A DNA stretch of 64,000 nucleotides, taken from contig NW_026918705.1 in NCBI RefSeq assembly GCF_032062105.1, positions 62,001 to 126,000 on the forward strand. The letters run 5' to 3'. This document shows, piece after piece, positions 50,201-62,200 of the stretch (the stretch's first letter is position 1; each line of letters opens with the position of its first letter). Origin of the DNA: Saccostrea cucullata (lineage: Eukaryota). Made by a program: the position numbers and the translations under genes. The notes under the pieces were generated by a model that searched no databases, was not told where the DNA came from, and was given only the letters and a program-made list of their open reading frames with translations.

Positions 50201-53200
50201 CTGTCCCTGTTAATGTAACATTTACTATTTCTTTAAAGAAATTTAAAAGACTTCCACCTGGTATAAATGTCAATTGGGATTTTGGAGATACGTCGCCCAT
50301 TGAAAGCTTTCTCCTGGAGTCTAAAACAAAAACCCATATATTTTCTGTGGAACGCGGTACCTATACCATGACCATTCAAATAGAATCTCAGAATAATATC
50401 CACACATTTCATCGCAGTATCACTTTAGGGGTGATTCAATTTAGCTGTTATCCTACATCATTTGACTTGAGGGATACAGAAGTTACATTTGCTGCAAAAG
50501 GGATTCCAGGTTCCGCTAGATATACATTTTACACAGACTCCAGCTCTACGATTTACAGGCGCTCTTATTATTATGCCATCAGTGGTCTCATGAAAGTGTA
50601 TACATACACAGTCAAGTATCAGGAGTACGGATTTTACATTCCATCGGTCATTGGAAATGGAGAAAGAGTATATCTGGATCAACCCTTGATTGCAGACTTC
50701 AAGCTAGAAGATAGCTTATACCTTAATGTTTATCCAGATCCTAATCCACTTCCACCTGGAGACATAACAATAAGAGTTCACACCTCGTCTAGTAAACCCA
50801 GGCCATACATTACTTGTATCATGAAAGCGGGAGATGCTGTCGATCGCGATAGTATCTTCTACAAAAAACAGAATATAACAAATACACAGCCGTTAGTCTT
50901 TGTATATAGCTATACAAGTATTGGAGCGCCAACTATTAATGTAAATTGTTCAAATTACATTTCTGACAAAAGGATGACAAAGAAAATAACAGTTACAAAT
51001 GCATGCTTTGAAGCAAAGGGGATGTATGATCGCCAATATTCGATACCCACGGATCCAATGAAAGTCTCTAAATCTAGTGATTTGTACATTAGAAACAGAA
51101 TGCATATTTATTGCGAGAATGAAAAACCTCATTTTCATTGGTATATATATGAAGCAAACAGTAGCGGAAAAACAAATATATTGTACTCATATGAAAATCC
51201 TTTAGATGAAACAAAAGGAACACTTCTTATTAAAAGAAATGCATTGCCAGAAGGACAATTTTATCTTCTACTAAATATATCCCTAAGCAAAACTTGGATA
51301 TCTGAATACAGTTACATCCAGTTCTTTAGTTCCCTTCCTTTTGCCTACATCAGCGGTGGGAATTATGTTATAAGGCCTAACAACTTTTTATTTGATTCCT
51401 TGACTGAATCTCATTCAGCAAACGGAGATTTTGGAGAAAATGAGAACTTGACTTTTTCGTGGACCTGTAAAAGGTATTTATATTTACGAAAAACTGATTT
51501 ATTTATAAATGAAAAGTATTTGTTACATTTTCAACAGTGAAATACTGTAATTTATCCATTGAATAAAAGTGATATCCTGTCACGGTGTGAAAGGATATCA
51601 AAATGGTATCCTGCCACAGTGTGAAAGAACATCAGAAGTGCGGGAAAACCCTCGATTTTCCTTCCCTTCACCAAGAGTGTTGTAAAAATACTCCTTAACC
51701 TGTTATAAGATAGAAAACGAGTACATAAACCATTCTGTCATAAAATAGAACTGCGAAAGTTCCCATATATGTTGCTGAAATTCATGTTTACAATGTTTTT
51801 CACTTAGCTTTGAAGTCTCAACCGCTCAACTATGACGTTATGTAGCCTAAGACTGCATTACAAAAAAGACATAGGCAAAGGGAAAATCAAAGAATATGTA
51901 ATAAACAGAAATTTAAATGTTTTGTAGTTGAAATGAAATTTATTTAGGACCCCGCTTGGCGGGTGCCCTATAGTGATCAGTCTGTCCGTCCGTCCGTCCG
52001 AGATCTCTTGTCCGGAGCATATCTTCTCTCTCCTTGGCCCAATCTGGCTCATACTTCACCCACAGAGTGCCTTTGGGTAACCAGTGTGCAGTGACCTTGA
52101 ACCCTGTTTCTATGTCAAAGGTCAAGGTCATAGCAGACTTATATGAAAAATCCTTGTCCGGCGTATATCTTCTCTCTCCTTGCCTCAATCTGGCTCATAC
52201 TTCACCCACAGAGTACCTTTGAGTAACCAATATGCAGTGACCTTGAACCATGTTCTAGGTCAAAGGTCAAGGTCATAGCAGACTTATATGAAAAATCCTT
52301 GTCCGGAGCATATCTTCTCTCTCCTTGCCCTAATCTGGCCCATGCTCCACCCACAGATTGCCTTTGAGTAACCGGTGTGCAGTGACCTTGAACCATGTTT
52401 CCAGGTCAAAGGTCAAGGTCATAGCAGACATATGAAAAATCCTTGTCCGGAGCACATCGTCTCTCTTTTTGGTCCTATCTGGCTCATACTTCACTCACAG
52501 AATGTCACTGGTCAATGGATGTGCAGTGACTTTAATTGGTCGAAGTTTCTAGGTCATGGTCAGAATTAGCCTGTCTATCTTTGTTTGGTGCATAATTTCC
52601 CCCCTTAATTCCAGTAAATTTATATAACTNNNNNNNNNNNNNNNNNNNNNNNNNNNNNNNNNNNNNNNNNNNNNNNNNNNNNNNNNNNNNNNNNNNNNNN
52701 NNNNNNNNNNNNNNNNNNNNNNNNNNNNNNNNNNNNNNNNNNNNNNNNNNNNNNNNNNNNNNNNNNNNGTGAAGTCGTACTAAATTACTTTCACTGTAGT
52801 ACACAAATGTTCCTCTTCAAAATAAACCCTTTTAAACTTTCTTACATTTTCATGTTCTTTGATGGAAGTGGGGCCCTTTGAGAAGGCCACCATCTCAATG
52901 ATATCTAGTTTCACTCGTGAGACAGGATTTTTTGATATTTTCACTCGTGCTTCGCACTCGTGAAAATATCCAAAAATCCTGTCCCACTCGTGAAATAAAT
53001 TCCATATTCAACTACAAAACATTGAATATCCTCTATATACTTGCTGATCAAAAAGAAGTAACAATTATCATTACGTTCTACAGAATCCCTCCTGTGAATC
53101 TAAGAGGACCAACAATAATACTCAGCGACACGTCATCAGGCACGTGTTCTGTTAAAGAGGTATCACGTGGTGTTGGTCAGTTGACTTCTTCAATATCAGA

Positions 53201-56200
53201 GTCATCTGACTATGCTCTTACGGTAACTGTGAAGGAAGGATTCTCTCAAAAGCAATTCACACAAATTGCAAGATTCAAGGAAGAGGGATTGACTGATCTG
53301 CAGATTAAGTATTGCTATTAAGAATGCAATTATTATAGACAAGATTCTGTTTATTTAGTTTTTCATTCATTTTAAAGAAAGTTGATAAATTGTACAATTA
53401 ATTTACTCAATTTTACAGCTGCAGCTTGAATTGTTACGACAAAGTTGCCGTATCATCTAAATTGGCTTTGATAGCTTGGTGCGCCTCCTGTAAACCAGAA
53501 CACGAGGTTCAATATGTGTGGACACTGTGGAAGGACGAAAGTAGATCCGGAATGTTTCAACCGGTACAGGTTTTGCCTGTAGTCACCGGAATCGGTATAT
53601 TTTATAATAAGGGTTTTAAATATTGATAATTTAATTTTTAAACATAAAAGTTATGCAAACTTAATCCGAAGAACAATATTATAAACATGTATGTTAATGT
53701 TGTAATTATTTGTATTTTTCTTTTATAAAAAGATGCCGGTAAACAAAGTTTTGTCTTACCAAAGTTCTCTTTAACACCTGGAAATACCTACCTGGTGACT
53801 TTATATACGACGGTGGTCAAATCAGATATAAGTGGGGACGTTTACAGAGAATTCAGAACTAACGCGCCACCTACTGGGGGTTCTTGTTCAGTTGAACAGA
53901 AAACAGGTAAAATATCCACTTTCTTTCAAACATATACATTGGAAAAATAATTGTAGTGGAACAGTTATTCAGAAAAAAATAATGCTACAAATGGTGCGTT
54001 TACTGTGATTTACATGTAAATTATCACATATGAACTCGATATATTAAACTTTAAAGAATTTGTTATAAGTACACTAAAATCTTAACAAGACATTGCAAAA
54101 CTAGGAAAACTAGGAAAATGTTCGTATAAAGAAAATAAAATTTGAAGTTAAGATAGAGCTTTTTACAATCAGGCTTAATAAGTAGAGCTGCAATAAGAAT
54201 TTTTTAAAAGATGTGAATGATTACTTCCTTATACATTAATAATATATACTTGTTAATGGAATATGCTACATTAAAATTCTCCCCGTTTTTTTTTTTTTTT
54301 TTTTTTGTTTTGTTTTTTTTTTTTTTTGTTTTTTTTTTGGCGATATTCTACATTGAGTAAAAATGCAAAGCATTTCTGTTAGTTTTGTGCGTCAATTATC
54401 GTCTGAATGAGGTTATGAATATACTGTACTACCCGAAAAAGTAAAATGATCATCTTTGAGAACATTCAGCTCTGATTTATTCTTTCAAGAGTTTAAAATT
54501 TGGAATTATTTTATTTTCCTATTATACATCTTATAGCTATGGTAACTAAGCACGAAAAAAATAATATACTAGTAATAAGAACCATTAAAAAATATCCTAA
54601 AAATATATATATAACGTATAGACTGTACATGATATATTACTAAGTTGAAAGAAATTGTAAAAAGTTTTTCCATAAAAGCTTCATTTATTTTCATTATAGA
54701 CTCACTAGTTGTTCTTCTGAGCGTGCAGTGCTCAAATTGGATCGATACAGACGAGGATGAAAACGTGTTTACTTACCTTTACGAAACAGTTACAAAAAGA
54801 AACTTTACACACGGAGAGAACAACGTTGTAAATTTTATTTATGAAGGAAGTATGTAAACCTTTTATTGCATTTCTTTAGTTTTAAAACTGAAATAAATGG
54901 ATTATCTTTAATTTGAAATGGAATTAGTTGAAAGATGTATGGTCCAAAAATGATATTTATCTAAACAATTTGCAGAAAGCACAGTTTATGTTATTTACTT
55001 TCTATGTGATTTTTAAACTTTTGATTAATTCAAAATGTTTAAGATATTATTTTAACAAAATGATGATCTAGCGAAATATAAAGTGGTACCTTTTGAATAG
55101 ATATAACGAATTGTGCAGTTTTATCAAATTAACGCAGAGTGAAGCTCTCCTATTCAGTGAACTGAAAGGTGATGAACGCTTCTTGTAACTAAAAGGTGAC
55201 AGAAAGCTTACTAAAAGGTGACTGAAAGCTTACTTAAAGGTGACTGAAAGCTTACTTAAAGGTGACAGAAAGCTTACTAAAAAGGGGACTGAAAGCTTAC
55301 TTAAAGGTGACAGAAAGCTTACTAAAAGGTGACTGAAAGCTTACTTAAAGGTGACAGAAAGCTTACTAAAAGGTGACTAAAAGCTTACTTAAAGGTGACT
55401 GAATGGCAGGGTTTCATCTTAAAGTTCTTATATTCATAATTGATATCTTATAATACTTGTTGGTTGATATTTTTGCACGAACAACAACCATGATGCGATA
55501 GGTAAGTTATGATTAAGTTTTCAAAGAATCATTTTAGAAATTGCGCACCACTACCGCTGCAGTGCCTTCCACATAACTTTTAATCGTTTGGATGTTCTGA
55601 CCAAAAGCCTTCCTCATTCGAACCCTAATGAATGTTGCATACTGAGTTTGAATCTGGGTTTTTTTTTCTGGTGGCAGAAGAGTCGAACCTATATTGTTTT
55701 TTGGGAAAACTCTATTGTGGTCCGAAAGAAAAATATATACACATTTTTGTACTTTTTGTGTTGTTTATAAGAAAACAATTCATATTTGTTACATAAAACT
55801 ATGACTTAGCTAAAAAGCACAAAGAAATTTCTTCAATGCGATTCAAAGACTTCAATGACCGAGGTCCTGATTTTATCACCCCCTCCCTTAAAAATAGTCT
55901 TTGGCATGTCAACGACTGAAAAGGTACAGGGAAGACACATCAAATGGAATAATACTTTATTCTAATAACCTACCGGGAAAACCTAATTCGTAGCATACCT
56001 GATCGCATTAAAGTTGTTATTCGCTTAAAAGAATCTATTGTAACCTTTATTTAAGGCGAGAGTCGAATCCTAGACGTCCCCATACAGCCGGGAGATCCCG
56101 TTTTTAATCACACAGTTACCGTACGGGTTCGGATTTTCGATACCTCTGGAGATTATGGAACATATTCTTCAAATATAACAGTACTAACTTTATCTTATTG

Positions 56201-59200
56201 TTTCTTTTTTATCCTTTTTATATGACAAAATGTTTGTTTAGATCAATGGAATCCCCATTTTTGGACTGATATTAGTATTATACAAGTTATTGCTTTATTT
56301 CACAAGAATAATGTTTTACTTCTGCAGGTCATTCCGCCTTCTAGCTCTCAACCTGAAGATAAAGAAGACATTTCAACAATTGAGTCCTCGTTTAATAACT
56401 TTGATTCAAAGTTCAACAATTACAATCTATCAGGAAATGACGTTCAAACCTTGAGTTTCTTAGGAGCTGTTGCAACCGATTTCAAACAATTTCCGTTTGT
56501 ACGTACAGCATACAGGTAAACTTCGGTATCTCGACATCGGATATGTCGACAACCTGGGATATGTCGACGTCCGTTCGCGGTCCCGGCATAATTTACTATA
56601 TAAATGATTTGCAAAAACTCTGATATGTCGACCTCGGTAATGTCGACTACCCCGCTTATCTCGACGTATTTCACAGTCCCAAGAGCAAAATTTACCTGGT
56701 ATATGTCGACATCGGGGCAATTTTCTCCTCTACTTAACCTAATTGTTTGTCAGCTGGTCGCTCGTCACGCACGGACAACTCCGTGTATCTCGACGTCGGC
56801 AGAAATTCACACCTTTTACACCCATGTTTTGACTACATACTGCTCGTTAGAAATGTGTTTTAAGAGGAATCCCAAGCCCCCTCGTCATCTCTAATACGTT
56901 AATTAAAATTGTTTAATGTTCAGCTTGGGTAATATCATTGATAAATCTTCTCGATTCTGCGTAAATGTAAAACCGTTTATTTATGTCGAAATCTAACAAA
57001 ACTTAAACATTTTATAAAAAAAGGAACCGAATAACAATGAACAATATACACATCGAATTCAATTTAACTAAAAGATTTGGTAAATATGCATTCAACAGGA
57101 ATCAATCAAATCTATACCGCATGCACGACTATTGCATAAGCCGTAATATGACTGCATGTGATGGTAAATGCGCAATTCCAATTAAATTTTGCTTTGAAAA
57201 TAAAATGAAAGTTAATGATGAATGATTATGAAATAAAAAAGAAGTCAAATGAAATAATTTAAAAAAAATTATACGCATTAATTTTTTTTTCCGTATCTCG
57301 GAAGTCGACTTTGTACCGTTCCAGTTTGGAGTTTATAGAGCGCATTACGTATCCTGTTCTGACAGAGCTAGTTGCACGCGGATCGAATGCTAGATGGAAA
57401 ACGGCTTTTAGTAAAATTATAACATTTGGATGAAAAAGAAAGCATTTCATAAATAACATTTGTGAATAACTTCTTACGTTTTCTAATAAATATAGAGGGA
57501 TAGCTGAAACAAACGAGCTACAGTATAATTGAAGACAGTGTATGTACGTCTGTTCATGTCCATGGTTTTAGTATGAAGTAAAATTAAGGACGTCGAGTCT
57601 CAACTCTGATATCTCGACACCTCGGATATCTCGACATTTTCCGACTGTCCCGTCGATGTCGAGATAACGAAGTTTACCTGTACTTGATTTCATGACTTCT
57701 TACTTACCCAAATATACTTTGAAAATATGCTTAATACTTTGTGGAAATAAGTTTTCAAAGCAAATAATCACAAATTCAAGGTTTCTATTTCTATATTATT
57801 ATTTTTTTTTTAAGATTGACAAAACAACATCTGAAGAAGAGGTAAACGGTGATATGGAGTCCATTAAAATCGATACATCCGGAGGGGGACCTGTGTTTCT
57901 TGTTTATCAACAGGTAGACCGTAATATCACAAAATACATGGACTTCAAATTGCTGTTTACCTTTACAATTCCTGACAAGCATGTTTTTTTTTCAAAAAAA
58001 AGAAAACTGTGAAGCTTCTTCAACTGATCAAAAGCGTTGTTGCTCCTGGCTGTGCAAATTCCATCGATAGATTCAAATTAACAGACATACAGCAGATCTT
58101 CAGCACCTTGGATGCTCTGACTCGCTTTAAACCGTATTTGTCTTTGGAGGGAGTGGTTTGTAGTATTGAAGTCGGAAAATTGTTAAACTTTAAAAATATC
58201 TAAAAAAAAATTATTTAAGTTGTCCGATAGCATCAATTTTTTTGTTTAAATGAGAGATAATTCATGAAATAAGCAAGTGCTATAATGTACAATTCAAAAC
58301 TTTTTAAGTAAATATTAATAAACTCAATAAATCTACTTCAAACAGAACATAACGGTAGACATTGTGCACACTGTCATTGATTGTTTGGAATATGGTAGCA
58401 GAAGAAATCCTGTATCTCCGAGTGCAGTAGAAAGTTTAATAGACATTGCTAAAGGCAAGATTTTACACTTCTCAGACTTTGAAAACCTCCAATATTAAAA
58501 CGCCTTTTTTACTCGTTGAACATGTTTAAAGTCTTGAATTTTCAAAGTTGTTCTAGTTAATTTTGCTACTAGTGGACTTTTGCGAGAAGCGCTGACTTTC
58601 ACAATCTATGGCCTACCTTAACACTAAGACAATATACGGAAGCTCTTTTGCAATAAAAATATTAAGCTTAACATTTAATTAAAAGGTTATAATAATATCC
58701 TATTTCATAGCATACATATATCTGGCATGTACGTTGTCTAGGAAGGGATAGACAATAACTCTACCCTCAATTCCCATCCTTCACATGTACAGCTCGGCAA
58801 ACGTTTGCCAAGTTTTCTTCCTGGAAAGTTCTTCCTTATTTTATTCTTTAGAAAGAAGATACTCTCTTTTACGGAAAAGGAATTTTAAATTATGTTATTC
58901 TGCCATACATCATATCATGTATTGATTGCATACCGGTAAATTATGCTATTGCCCCAAACACCACACCTAATAGAAAGGTTTTCAGATCATCTATTATCAG
59001 TTCCATAGCTTCCTACATGACACAGGTTTAAATGTCAAAGTAAGCCGTCGACTGTAAAAGGCAGTGCTTTTCGGAAATATTTCTCCATTTATTTTTTATT
59101 TTTTTAGCTTCTTGAAATTATTTATCTTATCTCAGATTAGACCATTTTTCAATTCCAGTTTCAGTTGCAGTTGTGCCAAACGTCATTGAGGGCTAATTAT

Positions 59201-62200
59201 GAAAAATAAATTCATTAGATTTTAAAAAAGTATATAAAAAGAGAATTATTTCTTGTACAGAGAATATTTGTAATCCTTTTTTTAGCATTCTTAAATGGAC
59301 GTTCGTTATTTTCTACAAACTTATTGATTTTAAAAAGTTTATGATAGTTTATCATCGTGTATTGGACAATGTCTTGAACAAGATGCTACCGAGGAAGCTT
59401 CAGAACTTGGATGTTGAACTTTCCGAAGATGATATAAGAGCGGAAATCATGTTACACCTCAAGTTCTTCCTACAAGAAACCAGCCTGTTAAAACAAAATC
59501 AAGGGAACGTAACTCTAGACTTTCAAAGCATTAATAGACAAGTTGATTTTATTTATCAAATACGAGCACATGAGCGCCAGTTTCAACTTCAGCAAAGACA
59601 AACGGTATGTTATTAATTATATAAGTAGAGATATCACAAAATTGCCTGTCCAAGGGTAGAGAAAAGTAATGTTTTCTAATTAATTTCATATAGAAATATT
59701 TAAAAAGTTAATTTTTATTGCTACCACTTGTTTGCCCTTTTTGATAGCTACAATATGAAAAAAAGAAATATATTTTTTCGTTCGAATTTACATTATATAT
59801 TGTATCGTAAGAAAATCTTATTTCATAATTTTTTCAGGCAAGAAAATATATCCCAATTATAAAACGAATCCAATCAGTCTTTGTAAATGTCATGCACAAA
59901 ACTATTGTTTTGGGCGAGCGACTTTACTGGAATGCAAACCATGTACTGGAAATAATGATCAGGAAGGTCTCGTTCAACGATCTTGAAGATGCCCCAGATG
60001 AGTTTTTTGGAGGTGTACATGATGTCAATGGCTCAAACAACCAAGCATCCTACCTGGAATTAGCAGTATGTTCTGACATTTCATATAATATTACATATAT
60101 TTATTTATGCGTAAAATTTGATATCAACAATCTTTATTAATATAAAATATTAGTGTACATCTGGAATAGTTGAAGTGTAATTGAAAATAGGTTAAAAGGA
60201 AAGTAAGATAACTGAAAGAATAATTGCTATCTTTTGATATTAATATTATTTTTATTTAGGTGTCTAACTACTTAAGAAACCCCTACATATATGGAGAGAA
60301 TGCAACCAAGGCAACCTCTTCTGTTCCAGTGATGAATATCCCCCAAAACATATCTGTGGACACCAATATTCCGAATAAAGGAAACCTGGAATTTAAGAGA
60401 TATATTCCTCTCATCAATCCACAATATTCAGAACCTATGATTTATTTTACATTTGAGGTGATAAATAAAAGAGATGCTGTGCTTATCTACATTAAACCTG
60501 ATGGATTTGACTTCTTGGGTCATCAGAAGGTTCCTTTGTACTCGTTTTATTTTAGCTCAGATACATTTCCAACATCTAATGTGTTTGATTACAAGAAGGT
60601 GTTGGGTGTCGAAGATTGGACAGGATATGGATTTAAAGTGTTCCTTCCCGGAGGTATATGTGTTAAAGAACTGTGTTATCTTGGCATAAAACCACTCACA
60701 GGTAATTGACGCGGTTACTGACATTAGAACAGTAGTCTTAAAATGAACTTCAGGTGTATTTTACACTACTCGCAAATAAACACAACGCATATTTAATGCT
60801 AAATTGAGGTATTTCATATAAACTTTTTTCTCTGTATTCTCAGACACTTAGAGAGGACTAATTCAAAGAACTGTAGATCACCAAATGTTTCTAGTTCCTT
60901 ATTTTTGCGTTTGGTATTTCGAATTTATAAGCGAGACAAACTTTTCATGAATTCTGATTATTTTTTAATACTTGCATATTCTATGCTAAAAAAATATACA
61001 CGGTAATGAAATTTTCGCAAAAAATATTTAAAAAAAAAGACACAAAAGAATAAGGCAAGCTATTTGTTGGAAAACGTTTTTAAAATGTTTTTATTAATCA
61101 TAATATATATTTTGGTTTTCAGCCCCTGACACCGATGATTTTGCAAGATCTAGAAAAAAACGAGCCGCAGAATTTCTAACAACTATCGGACCACCAGATA
61201 ACACAACATCGATTGTTAATGCTTCGGATTTTGTTCCAGCTGAGGCAAACTTTAGCATGCTATTTACAACAACAGGATGTAGAACTTGGGAAAAAGGAAA
61301 CAACTCATGGACAATGGAAGGATGTCTGGTAGCAATTGTTCATTGTATTCATAATTCCTGTACCCCCCTCCTTGAAGGTGGGAGGGTATAAACATGTATA
61401 TTGTGATCGGGATGTCCGTCCGTTCGTTTGTTCGTACATGCACAGAAAGATTTCTCGTATATATCTTTTTTGTATATTAAGGAATAATACTTACACTTTT
61501 ACGTTAGGGTGAAATTTTAACAATCTTTTATTTAAAAAATATAAATCAAATAATATATACTTGTAATAGACCAATTGCCCCAGCTACTTTCGAATCGAGG
61601 ATTTGCCTCATTTTCAAATACAAATTCGAGAGGGAGACTCCTCGTTTTGTTTACATTCTACGATTTTTTTCAAATTATTTCGAAGAAAATATCATTTAAA
61701 AGCCTTAAGGACAGACGAGACGTTCCTTAATAGTATATAAAATTTTTCAAGAGTTTGTCATTGAATTATTGCTACTTGAACATGTTTACTCACAAAAAAT
61801 TAAGGTACCTTACCAGGCATTTCTGAAAGATACCAGGGGTAGTTTTTCTTATATAATCCCTTTGGAAAGAAAAATAATTTTCCAATTTGAAATGTTTAAG
61901 TGTTAAGATTTTAAAAGACGTTTAGAAATCAGAATGTTTTTAAAATTTTATATATTTTTCATACATTACGAAGATATACAGAACAGATGTGAAGGAACGT
62001 CTTGTCTGACCTTAAGTTATAAAGAAAACAAAGAGTATAATTATACATGGAAACATTTAAATTGCGCGTCCTTACGTAAAGTAAATTACTTAGTCTTGAA
62101 AGCAATACTCCACAACAAGACTGATATCACAAAAAGTGTCTTGAATCAAAAAAGGACATTGAAAATTTCCTTTCAAAACTATTTAAAATCATATGGTTAT

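Noticed and set aside
55188-55403. Regular 22-bp repeats resembling a CRISPR array
   Set aside because: Units are contiguous with no unique spacers, there are no cas genes, and the site is a eukaryotic intron; it is a minisatellite.
60844-60900. Extra polycystin exon after acceptor-like TATTCTCAG
   Set aside because: The required phase-1 frame hits TAG at the third codon; 60701>61123 joins in frame without it.
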